Shown: piece by piece, positions 53,402 to 64,000 of the stretch
Layout: every line of letters begins with the position of its first letter
Numbering within the stretch: the first letter of the stretch is position 1
Assembly: GCA_965202585.1 (NCBI GenBank)
Contig: OZ241831.1
Location: 32,116,001 to 32,180,000, forward strand
Length of the DNA stretch: 64,000 nt
Source: Thalia democratica
Lineage: Eukaryota
Direction: 5' to 3'
Program-made: the position numbers and the translations under genes
The notes under the pieces: model-generated
Seen by the model: only the letters and a program-made list of their open reading frames with translations
Told to the model about the DNA's origin: nothing
Database searches by the model: none

Positions 53402-56400
53402 CAAATATAAAAATTTGTGCAATAATCCGATTTATTATAACCACATAAAAATTAAATTCTTTGTGTAGCAGAAAAAAAAAGTTTTTATTGATATTATAGC
53501 TACAGTAATGTTTAAATTAGCGTGAACAATGTTTTGATTGAACAAATTCATTGAATTCGCTAAAAAAACTTCCATTTTTCTCAGAATTACTAAGCAAAAA
53601 TATTTTGTGGGACACATTGGTTTGGGATTGCACAAAAACATTTGAAAACAAATGATTGAAAACAGACATTTTGTAACCTGCCTGCAGACTGAACAAAAAA
53701 AAATTCAAGTCCCATTTTAAACTTTTTTCTAAAAAGGCAAATTTGTAACCTGTGGTAAAAAGTTACAATAAAATAATTTAAGGGTATAGGGAGCCCAATA
53801 TTTTTTTTTTACAAAAATTAACATCAGACCTTATATAAAAGCTATAATTGTATACTATAAGATAAAATTACAGAATAAAGAATGTTTATTAATTTTTAAG
53901 ATATTTCAGTTGTGTAGAAAGTTTCCGATACAAACGTATGGAAGAAAAATTTTTCATTGCTGACTTTCTCATAAATTTCAAAAATTCAATAAAAATCTAT
54001 CTCCTTGTTTTTTGATCAAATAACCTCAAATGTTCATGAAATCTTCTTGGCATAAATAGAAAAAAATATTGTAAGAATAAAAAAAAAATTTAAGCATTTT
54101 ACTACCAAAAAAAAAAATTTACTACTGATGCTTGATGTTTTTAATTAAAAAAACAAAAAAAAATACTAAAAAAAATCTTATAACAAAAATGTTTATTATT
54201 TAGTTAAGATCAAATTGAGAAAGTTTCAGAAAGATTTTAACTTTTTTTAAAAGTTGGTCTTGTTTTTTTACATTTAAGACTTGCTAACAGTGAGTTTTTA
54301 CTGATTAAAATAATTGAAAGTAGCATTTGAGATTTAACACATCAAACTAATATGACGTTTAGATCAATTGGTTCTTTATGGATGGTGTAAACTAAAAAGG
54401 CAAAAACAGACCATTGTTTTGAAATATATCTCTTCCTTCAGTTTTTGAGCTAATAGTTTAAAACTTTCTCAGTCTTGTTTTTCAAAAGGTTTTAAATGAT
54501 TTTTTGGAAACATTACAGAAAATATTGAAAAAAAGTTTCCACCTAAAATTAATCAAAAGTAGATTGAAAAAAATAATCAATTATAGAATATTTTTCATTT
54601 GTTTACAAAACCCTACTTTTTATTAGTTGTTAATAATTAAAAAAAAAATTCTTAAAATTCGTAGTAAATTGCATTAAAACTTAAGAAGATGGTTTTTTAG
54701 TGAATTATTCAAAAAATGGACAAATTTAGCAATAAATGTATGTATTTTGTACTTAAGCATTGGATTAAAAAACAGGTAATATATCAAAATCTTATTTAAA
54801 TAATAAGAGCTGATAAAAAGATTGTTGGACAAACAATTCAAATTAAACAAAACAAATTAAAATATAATTAATAGAATAGACCTGTAAAATTTTTCATAGA
54901 CATTTCCTAGACTGTTTTTTGAAAATTTAGTTGCAATCCTGTATAAGCAATTAAAGTTTGAGAGTTTCATAGATTCCTTTTTGAAGGTGTAAGTTGAAAA
55001 GACAACAAAAGACTTAATCTAAAAACTTTTTCCTTTTACAATTTTTAAAGTTTTTTCAAAAATCTTAGTCTTTAAATTTAGGAAATTTATTATACAACAT
55101 TTTTTACTAAGATATTATGTTTTTGTTTATGATATTTTTATTAAAAAAATTATAGCACATTTCTATATACTGCGAGGAACTTTTTCTAAAAATTTGAAGT
55201 CTATAATAAAAAAAAATTAAAAAATTTTTATCGATTTTTTTAATTTATGAGAGATTTAATCATAAAAAATATAATTTCCCAAGATTGTGTTTGAAATTTT
55301 TTACAAAGATTTCAGTTTCTCAAAAGTTAATTGAAATTTTTATGTTCAAATTAAGTTGGTTATAGTTCATACTTATAAGGTTTTATTTTAAAAATAATGT
55401 TATTTTTGGTAAAAAATGTTGCAACAACTGATGCATCTGATAATTGTTATTACAATTTTACCTAAGAAAAAACTTTCAGAATATTTTTATGAAGTCTAGC
55501 CTAAAAGAAAAACTGTCTATTGCTACTAATAATGTAAGATAATTTTTCAAAATAAGATAAGTTTTTCATTTAAATGCATGGACAGAAAGTTTTTCATGGC
55601 AGGTTTTACCAAAAAATTAAAAAAATTTCCTAAAATTTATCTCCTACTATTTAAAGGCAATTTACTTAATTAGGAAAAGTTCTTTTCAATGTTATAAAAA
55701 ATAACAAGAAAACAAATTTCTTATTTGTTTTTTATTAAAAATGGTATTTACTACACATTTTGCATAATATAGAAAATATAAGATTTATAAATATGGTTTA
55801 AATTATTGCTTAAAATTTTTTAAAGATACATATTTAGTTAGTCTTTTTTTGCCTTTAATGGTAGGTTTACCAGACAATCAGCATATTTTTAAGTTTTTGA
55901 AAAACTCTGATACTTTGAGTTTTGTTTTTAAATTCAGACTAACTGAAAATAGTTATGTTTTTTTTTTATTATAACTTCAAAATGTATTTTTTATAAATTT
56001 TTAATGAAATAAAATTGATTTAGTTAAAATATTTTGTTAATTTTAACCAAATTTGTTGAATAATTTGATTTTTATTAATTTTGAAAAGTTAAAATAAACT
56101 TATGACTCAAGACAGTTTAGGATCACTTAAGACAGTTTTTTAGACTCAAAAGAGTGACAACCTGTAATAAGGAATAATTAAATACTTAGTTTTTTAAGTA
56201 CTTTAAAAATTTTCAGTCTATTAGTTTTATAACAATTACTATAATAAATAAAGTTATTATTGAAAATTTATTTTTTATTAATGTAATTATTTTGTAACAA
56301 GGTTGTCACAGGTTCAGGCTAGTTTGAAAATTTAAGCTAATTTAATTTTTTGAGAGATCAAAAAAAATCATACTAGTTATAATTAAAAAACAACACTATA

Positions 56401-56980
56401 AGTTTATATAATTTCTGAAGTTCTAAATATACATAATTTATATTATCAGTTTAGATTAAAAGAGTAAGGTAGGGTCCAGTATTATTTTAGATTTTTTTTT
56501 GAATAAAAGATTCAAGTATTAACTATTGGGTCATTTTTAGTGAATACAAATATTAAAAAAAAAGTATTTTTTTAGGGATATTAAAATTTTGTTTAAAGTT
56601 TTCAATCAAATCTATAATTTTTTTTTTGTTTTTTTTAAAAACTTGAATTTTTTTTTGGTTATTCATTTGAGCTAGAGACCTTAAATTTTTAGGAATTGTT
56701 TTTGTACTGATTAGAAAAATCAGTAACAAAAAAAATTAAAAGTTTTATAACCAAACAACATTAACATGCCTAGTTTTTTAGATTAAAAAAATCTTGTTGA
56801 CAAAAAAAAAAAAAAAATAATAAAGATTAAACTAAAAAAGTTAAAAAAATTCAGGATTATTTCTTAGAAGATTTATACTGAAATGTTCTATTTATTGCCT
56901 TTGTGATAGTTAGTGCTTTTCATCTAGAACCCTAACTCAAACCCAATCTCAAACTTTGATCGCTTATATCTAAAAGTTAA

Positions 56981-57578
56981 GGCCATAGGGGGTCTAACAC
57001 TTTTTTTTACAAAAATTATTAAAATTTGGCTTTTATATGAAAGCTTTAATACAAACTACAAGGCAGTTTTTATAGAATTCACAAATATCATTTAACTTCT
57101 GAGATATTTTATTTTTTGTAAAAATTTTCAAATACAAATGTATGGACCCAATTTTCTTGAAAATTAAAAAAAAACAATTAAAAATTGATCTCCTTCATTT
57201 TTTAAGTAATTTTTTCAAATTTTCAGGAAATGTTTATTATATAATAAAAAAAAATGTTACTTATGAATTTTAATAATTTAAAGAAATAAAAATTTTGTGA
57301 CAAAAAAAAAGTAAAACATTTACTTGAAATTCTTTAAGTTCAAAGTAATGTTTTTTTATTATTGAAAAATGTAGAAGGAGATAGATTTTAAATGAAATAG
57401 TCTTTTTTCACTGTTTAAGTTTTCCCTTTCTATAGGGATCCTATTATACGGCTCAACTTTAGCCTGTCATATCTTAAAAAATAATTTGAATTTTTAAAAC
57501 AGTAAAAAGCAACTTAAAGCTTAGTAAAATATTTATAAAATAGGATCAAGTAAAAAACATGGCCACCCCCCTATGGCC
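56981..57578. mobile_element. Kolobok-like MITE
   Basis: TIRs ggccataggggg / ccccctatggcc, flanked by ttaa on the left and tttaa on the right. Related internal sequence occurs near 53780. Confidence 0.65.
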
Positions 57579-57957
57579 TTTAATTAGATTTTAACAACTG
57601 TAAAAAGTAACTGGCACTTAATTTATTTATCAAACAAAAAGACTAAAAAAATTGTCTTACCCTTATAAGCCATTGAAAAGTTAAAGTCAGCATCACAAAA
57701 CAATGTTACATACAATATTTTTATTTTAGTTACTTTCTTATAAACTGATGTTTCTCTAATAATTATGTTGTCCCTAGTTGTTTAAAACTAACTTTTTAAA
57801 TTGAAGAGTACTGTTTTTTATATAATAAGATAATTAAAAAAAGACTTTATCATATACACTTTGAAAGATCTTAAATTGTTTTTAAAGTATTGTTTGTAGT
57901 GTTTGGTTAACAAAGAGCTTAACAAAGGGTAGTTATAAAGAGTGTAAAAAACATATT

Positions 57958-59860
57958 AACAGTTGCCAAAAAACCTGGAATCACTTGAATTCTAAGAAAT
58001 TTTGAAAAAAAAACTTGAAAAACCTGGAAAATTAAACAACTTCACATGTAAAATAATGAAATGTTGATAACATACAAAAAGACTATTTTATGTGATATAT
58101 TTTTCTATCATTAATAATTTTATTTATTAACAACACACTTAAAGTAGCATTATAGTATCCTACAGGGTTGCAAAAAAAACCTGGAATTCTAGAAAAACCT
58201 GGAATTTGACAATTTAAAATAAAAATACCTGGAAAAACATCTAATTTTAAACAAAAATCACTAAACAACCTGGAATTTTGAAGAGTTGTAGTGTTTACAG
58301 TAATATTATTTCAATTAGATACAAAACATCTATCATATAAAAGTCACATTTAAAGTAGCTTAACAGTATAGTATCTTTTCAATGTTGTTATGCTATTAAA
58401 GACATTTTTTAATTTAAAATTAAATTTTATAATGAAAGTTGACCAAATAACTTGTTCTTTAAAAAACCTTAAAGAAATTCATAAACAATTAAAAAATTCA
58501 AAAACTTTTGGCATCCATGTGTTATTGTGTTGTTCAAAAAATATATTAAAATACACAATTCTGAGGTATAAGCAGAGTGCCATTTTACCTTGAGTTATTT
58601 GAGATTTTAGACAAAAATAATCTGAAAAAGCCTTGAATTTGATAATTTTTAAAAATTACCTGGAAAAACAAAGAATTCGAAAAAAAGTTGTATGTAAGTT
58701 TATGAAATTTAAACTAGACAAGAAATTACTGTTATACAACAAAAAGTGTATATTATACATACTTTTTTGTTACAAAAAACACATCATTTGCGTCACTGTA
58801 TCCTTTCTGTAAATTTATACTATTAAATACTATTTTAAGAAAATAAAACTTATACATTAAAACTACCTGGAGTAAAATTCAAAAAACCAGTGGCATTGAA
58901 CTGCATTGGATGAAAAATCTTTGATGTTTTTTTTTTAATATGTTCATACTGCCTTTGTGTAGTTTATAGTCAGTTATGCTACTTTTTGTCTGAGTATGTG
59001 ACACTCATGTATTATTTAACTAGTTAGACCTTGACCTTACATAGTTTTACTTCTATACAAATTTATGAGCTACCATTTTTCTTATGTATAAATTAATTTT
59101 AATAATTTTTTTTTTACAGCTATAACACAAATCAAAGTGTTTTATTTATTAATGATTTTGTTTAAATAACAGTTAAGGTGTTTTTAAATTCCAGAACTTA
59201 AAAAGATAAACATTTAGTTTTATTAATGCACATAAAAAGTTAAGAATATACTTTTTGGTATAAATACGGTTTCTGCTACCTCAGGAAACTCTGAAACTTA
59301 TCTATTTTATGGATTACACAGTAAACATTGCGTGAAGTCACTAACTTTTTAAAAACTTGATAAAACACAAAATTTACTATTTATGCTAATCAGGGGACTT
59401 CTTAATGATATATTTGTTAACCAAAAAGTGTTTTGGTATATTAGATAATTTAAACAAATTTTTTTTGATGCTTTTTTTGTTATTCAATAAAATAACTAAG
59501 TATCACTATCAGTCTGGCCACCAAATCTATAATACTGGAAAAACCTAGAATTTAACAATTTTGGCTAAAAAAACCTAAAATTTTAAACAATGATTTACAT
59601 GTCAAGTAGTGAATTTCAATTTCACATTAAAAAAATATCATAAAGACCAAAATTTCTTGTCATCATCAAATTTTTTCTATAAAAAACATTTAAAAGTAAG
59701 TTTACAGTAACTTTTCAACGTTGTTATACTATTTACAACAACTTTTTATCTTTAATTTAGTTTTATACTTAAAAAAGACCCAAAAAAGTGTACTTTCAAA
59801 AACCTGGAAAAATTCAGGAAACCTTAAAGAAATTTCTAAAAAACTAGTGGCCACCTTGAT
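57958..59860 (+). repeat. Additional decayed copies of the aaaacctggaa MITE family
   Basis: Fragments at about 57958-58060, 58163-58512, 58590-58690 and 59510-59857 share aaaacctggaa motifs and the aaagtagctt.acag.atcttttcaa core. Confidence 0.7.
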
Positions 59861-61702
59861 ATATTCAAAAAATACTTGCTTTAACTTATCAAGGTTTTTC
59901 GAAATATTCATATTAAGATTAAATTCTAGCTTTTTTATCAAACTTGTTCAATTACTAAAATAAGCAGTTTCTAAAGAAATTCTTGAGTAATAAAATAGAT
60001 AGCAAAAAATTTATAAACAGAAAAAAATATGAAAAAATAAATGTATTTTGCCATTAAAGCATATTCATTATGTAAAGAAATTACTTTTTACTTAAACTGC
60101 TTTTTACTACTACCAGGATCCACCTTACACTAAAAATTACAAAAATTTTACAATATTTAAAAACTATTATTAACACAAGATTTTACTTTTTTGGCCATGT
60201 ATAATACTATTTTTTAATTGTATGCGAAGTAAAAAAAATCAATTAGTTTGTTACAAATGATATCAGAATGTCAGCATATCTCAAAACAGTATAAAATTTT
60301 TGAAATTCTCAGGACTACTCAGGACGACTATAAACTAAAAAAGGAAACTGAGGATGACTTAGGCTAGTCTTATTTTTTTAATTCATGATGGTTTTTAGAT
60401 TTCTGTTAATCTCAGGCCAGTTTATTGTTTAGATTTTAAATGAAATTTAAATAAATTAGTTACAATATATTGATATTTTGTAACCAATTTTGTTGAAGAA
60501 CTTGATTTTTATTGATTTTAAAAAGTTAAAAATAGTTTTTAGGGTTTCTAAAACTCAGGATGACTTGAGACAGTTTTTTTTTACTCAAAGTGTGATCCTG
60601 AAATTTTAAGCATTGAAAATAATTTAAATTAAACTTTTCTTCTTATCTGTTTACTAAATATAAATACTTATATCTTAAAATTAATAACTCTATTTGTTTT
60701 GTGTATTTTTGTACAGTATAATATGTTGATTTATCTGTATTTAAATTTATAGGTCTTCTATTTTTTAATGACTTTAAAAAAAATGATCTTTTTTAAAGTC
60801 ATTAAAAAGACTAAGATGAGTACCACTATTGCTCTTAGTACAAGCACAATCCACAAAAGCTTAAGTAGACTTGAAAGGGACATGTCTGATAAAATAGTTT
60901 GAAATTGAAAATAAATCAACATGTACAAAAAAGTCCCAATTATTTACATATTTCGGCCAATATGACAACTAAAAATAATAGCCTACATAGTTTTTTCTAG
61001 TTATATGGCCAATTGGGGGCTGTTCAACAAGTGTCAGAAAATTGTCTAAATTGGTGCATGTCAGTCTAAAATTCCACAAGTTTGTCTTTGAACCCTGAGT
61101 TGTCATTTGATAAATTAAATTGTTTCACAGCTATTACTAAGTATTACATTTTAGTTTTAAAAGAATAATCCTGGAAAGTTTTGGATGAAATTAAAAAATG
61201 TTATAGGTATATATTTTTTAATCTAAGATGATGTAAAATATTAGAGAATACAGTTTTTCATAGTTCTTAAAATGATTTCCTGAAGTAGTTTTTCATGTTA
61301 TAGTATTTTAAATCATGATTTTTAATTGGTGCCTGTTTATTTAATACTTATTCAGCTTAATATTGAATCTTTTATTTAAAAATACCTTGTATTTGTAGAA
61401 ATATTTATGAGGTATTGATAAAAGAAAAACTTTATTTAAAGTCTGAACACATATTATAAACAAAATTAATTTGATTTATAAGTACTGTAATTAAGTTGGG
61501 TTGTTGTAAGTTTTTTATAATTTTTATATTTTATTGTATTTATGATGCTACTTTGTGCTTGCAAAAAACCAATAAAAGTTTTGCGATATTGTCTTACAAT
61601 TTCGTTTACAAAAAAAATGTGTAAAAGTGTTTGTTTAACTTTTATTCGAAATATTTGAAAGTCCTAGAAAAAAGACAAATTTAAAAATGTTGTAACTGTA
61701 TT

Positions 61703-62035
61703 CAGGGTTACTACTTACCTGGAATTCTAAAAACACCTGTAATTTGACAATTAAGGCAAAAAAGAACTGGAATTTTAACAATTTTCAAGTGTTCACTAGT
61801 AAAATTTCGATTTGACTCAAAAATTCTATCATATAAATAAATTTTTTTTGTTATCATCAAAATTTTTTTTTATTGAAAAACATATTAAAAGTAGCTTTAC
61901 AGTATCTTTTCAATGTTTTTATACTATTTAACTTAATTTAAAATAAAAATAGACCCAAAAATGTGTACTTTAAAAAAACTTGGAAGAATTTTGTAAAACC
62001 TGGAATTAAAAAAAAAAAAACGAGTGGTAACCCTG
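61703..62035 (+). mobile_element. MITE of the CAGGGTTGCCAC family, 6-bp TSD tgtatt, 127 bp upstream of the QARS ATG
   Basis: tgtatt|cagggttactac ... gtggtaaccctg|tgtatt. Confidence 0.88.
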
Positions 62036-62162
62036 TGTATTGTTGAAAGGTATTTTTTTTATAACTATTTAGTCTCCAAAGACTGACTGTATTCTATGAT
62101 TTTAAAGTTTTATCAAAAATTTAATACCTAATTGTTTGTCACAGATATTTTTTTATATAATC

Positions 62163-64000
62163 ATGACTGCAGACGTAAAGAAACTATTTGAAAATGCTGG
62201 CCTCACTGCTCAAAAAGCAGAAGAGACTATGAAGAACAAAGTTTTATCAGCTGCTTTTGAAAAGGCTATCAAAAATGCTGAGTCAATTTCTAAAGTTGAC
62301 AAGTCTGTTGGTAATTTTCTGTACCAGATCTCTAGCAAGGTCAAAAATTTTGAGCATTTGGACTTTTTAAGCGGGTGCATTGCCAGAAAGGAGCTGAGAA
62401 CTGATGTTCAGCTCAATTTTGCCATCATGTACCTCAAGTCCAAGCCACAAATGCCTGTTGACAAACCTGCTTTTGATAAAGAGTGCGGTGTGGGAATCAA
62501 TGTCACTCCTGAGCAAATAGAGACTGAATGCGAGAAACTTGTGAAGAAGTTTGAAAAGGAGCTGAAAGAGCAGAGGTACAAGCTGTTAGGTAAGTTGCTG
62601 GGCGAAGCAAGGAAGGATCCACTGCTCAAGTTTGCTGATGGTAGGAACGTCAAGCACGAAATTGAAGTTCAAATTCTTGACATGATTGGTGAGAAAACAC
62701 AAGAAGACTTGAACAAGAACAAGAAGAAAAAAGAAAAGCCCGCTGCCGAGTCCAAGTCAAAAGCTGAACCAGAAGTGGAGACGTTGAGCTTGATGGAGCA
62801 GCTGAGAGGAGCCGCGTTGAAGTTCCACAAGCCTGGTGAGAACTACACCACCGACGGGTATGTGACAACAAAAAACACCATGAAGCACATGGAAGAACAT
62901 TTGAAGTTCACCAAGGGTCAGGTCAGGACCAGGTTTCCGCCCGAGCCAAACGGAATTTTGCACATTGGCCACGCTAAGGCAATCAACTTCAATTTCGGAT
63001 ACGCCAAAGCTAATGATGGGATCTGTTATCTGAGGTATGATGACACGAACCCTGAAAAGGAAGAAGAAAAGTTTTTCACTGGCATTTTAGACATGGTTCG
63101 CTGGCTGGGTTATGAGCCTTACAAGATAACAGCTGCCTCTGACAACTTTGGAAAGCTCTACCAGCTGGCAATCAAGTTGATCAAAGAAGACCTGGCCTAC
63201 ATTTGCCACCAGGAACAGAGTGAAATTCAAGGTCACGATCCTGCAGATTCCCCATGGAGAAACAGACCAATTGAAGAGTCTCTGCAGCTGTTCGAAGACA
63301 TGAAAAATGGCAAGATAGACGAAGGAAAGGCAACTCTGAGAATGAAGCACGTCATGGAAGACGGCAAGAAAGATCCTGTCGCCTACAGAATAAAGTTTGC
63401 TGCCCACCATCGCACAGGAAACGATTGGTGCATCTACCCAACTTACGACTTCACTCACTGCCTGTGCGACAGCATTGAGGACATCAGCCACTCCCTGTGC
63501 ACCAAAGAGTTTCAGGCGAGGAGGTCCAGCTACTATTGGCTGTGCAACGCCGTGGACATCTACTGCCCCGTGCAGTGGGAGTACGGTAGACTGAACTTGC
63601 ACTACACTGTGGTTTCAAAGAGGAAGATCGCCAAGCTGATAGAAAAGGGAATTGTCAGCGACTGGGACGATCCGAGGCTGTTCACCCTGTCTGCTTTGAG
63701 GCGCAGGGGTTTCCCCGCCGAAGGAATAAACAATTTCTGCGCTCAGGTTGGCGTCACCGGCAACCAGGTGGTGATAGAGCCAAGCATGCTGGAACACTGC
63801 ATCCACACCACCTTGAACACCACCGCAAAAAGACGCATGGTGGTCAAAGACCCGCTTAAGGTAAACATCACCAACTTCAAGGACTACTCTGGCGATTCGG
63901 TTGAAGTTTTTGACTTCCCCGCGGAAAAAACAGGCGAAAAACGATCGGTTTCAGTCACCGACACGATCTACATCGAGCAAGACGATTTCATGCTGAAGCC
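62163..64000 (+). CDS. QARS: Glutaminyl-tRNA synthetase (eukaryotic, metazoan type), 3' partial, no intron over 612 codons
   Basis: Manual translation from ATG 62163 is open to the window end: N-terminal domain MTADVKKLFENAGLT...ECGVGINVTPEQI, then LKFHKPGENY, VRTRFPPEPNGILHIGHAKAINFNFG (HIGH), RYDDTNPEKE, WCIYPTYDFTHCLCDSIE, QWEYGRLNL...VVSKRKI (KMSKS-equivalent) and WDDPRLFTLSALRRRG. Confidence 0.97.
   Translation, partial: MTADVKKLFENAGLTAQKAEETMKNKVLSAAFEKAIKNAESISKVDKSVGNFLYQISSKVKNFEHLDFLSGCIARKELRTDVQLNFAIMYLKSKPQMPVDKPAFDKECGVGINVTPEQIETECEKLVKKFEKELKEQRYKLLGKLLGEARKDPLLKFADGRNVKHEIEVQILDMIGEKTQEDLNKNKKKKEKPAAESKSKAEPEVETLSLMEQLRGAALKFHKPGENYTTDGYVTTKNTMKHMEEHLKFTKGQVRTRFPPEPNGILHIGHAKAINFNFGYAKANDGICYLRYDDTNPEKEEEKFFTGILDMVRWLGYEPYKITAASDNFGKLYQLAIKLIKEDLAYICHQEQSEIQGHDPADSPWRNRPIEESLQLFEDMKNGKIDEGKATLRMKHVMEDGKKDPVAYRIKFAAHHRTGNDWCIYPTYDFTHCLCDSIEDISHSLCTKEFQARRSSYYWLCNAVDIYCPVQWEYGRLNLHYTVVSKRKIAKLIEKGIVSDWDDPRLFTLSALRRRGFPAEGINNFCAQVGVTGNQVVIEPSMLEHCIHTTLNTTAKRRMVVKDPLKVNITNFKDYSGDSVEVFDFPAEKTGEKRSVSVTDTIYIEQDDFMLK

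Noticed and set aside
51687-59963. Short ORFs in the MITE field (51687, 53435, 53517, 58083, 58390, 59721, 59729)
   Set aside because: They are low-complexity chance frames across non-coding MITE and AT-rich DNA.
62408-63806. Several ORFs antisense or off-frame to QARS, including 171 aa at 63087-63602
   Set aside because: These are shadow frames expected from high GC3 coding sequence; the plus-strand frame from 62163 carries all the GlnRS motifs.

Overview
Very AT-rich, repeat-dense eukaryotic genomic DNA with GT-AG introns. It is probably from an invertebrate animal; the transposon types look Hydra/cnidarian-like, but the host cannot be fixed from sequence alone. From left to right: (1) the 3' part of an internally deleted Ty3/Gypsy-like LTR element (1-2351); (2) three tandem, decaying minus-strand copies of a multi-exon RNF220-like gene (about 3.5-33 kb), with an internal 2.5-kb duplication, an apparent gene-conversion tract, a hAT MITE insertion in one copy and an excision-type footprint at the same site in another; (3) a near-perfect 3 x 2255 bp tandem array carrying an LTR-like segment (35.0-41.7 kb); (4) a decayed CR1-clade LINE (44.2-47.8 kb); (5) a dense, nested MITE field (50.6-62.0 kb), including a family with 6-bp target duplications; (6) an uninterrupted metazoan-type glutaminyl-tRNA synthetase ORF (62163 to past the window end). 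The ORF track misses this last gene. It has no intron over 1.84 kb and is much more GC-rich than everything else, so it is the main anomaly. All calls come from manual reading and translation; no searches were run.
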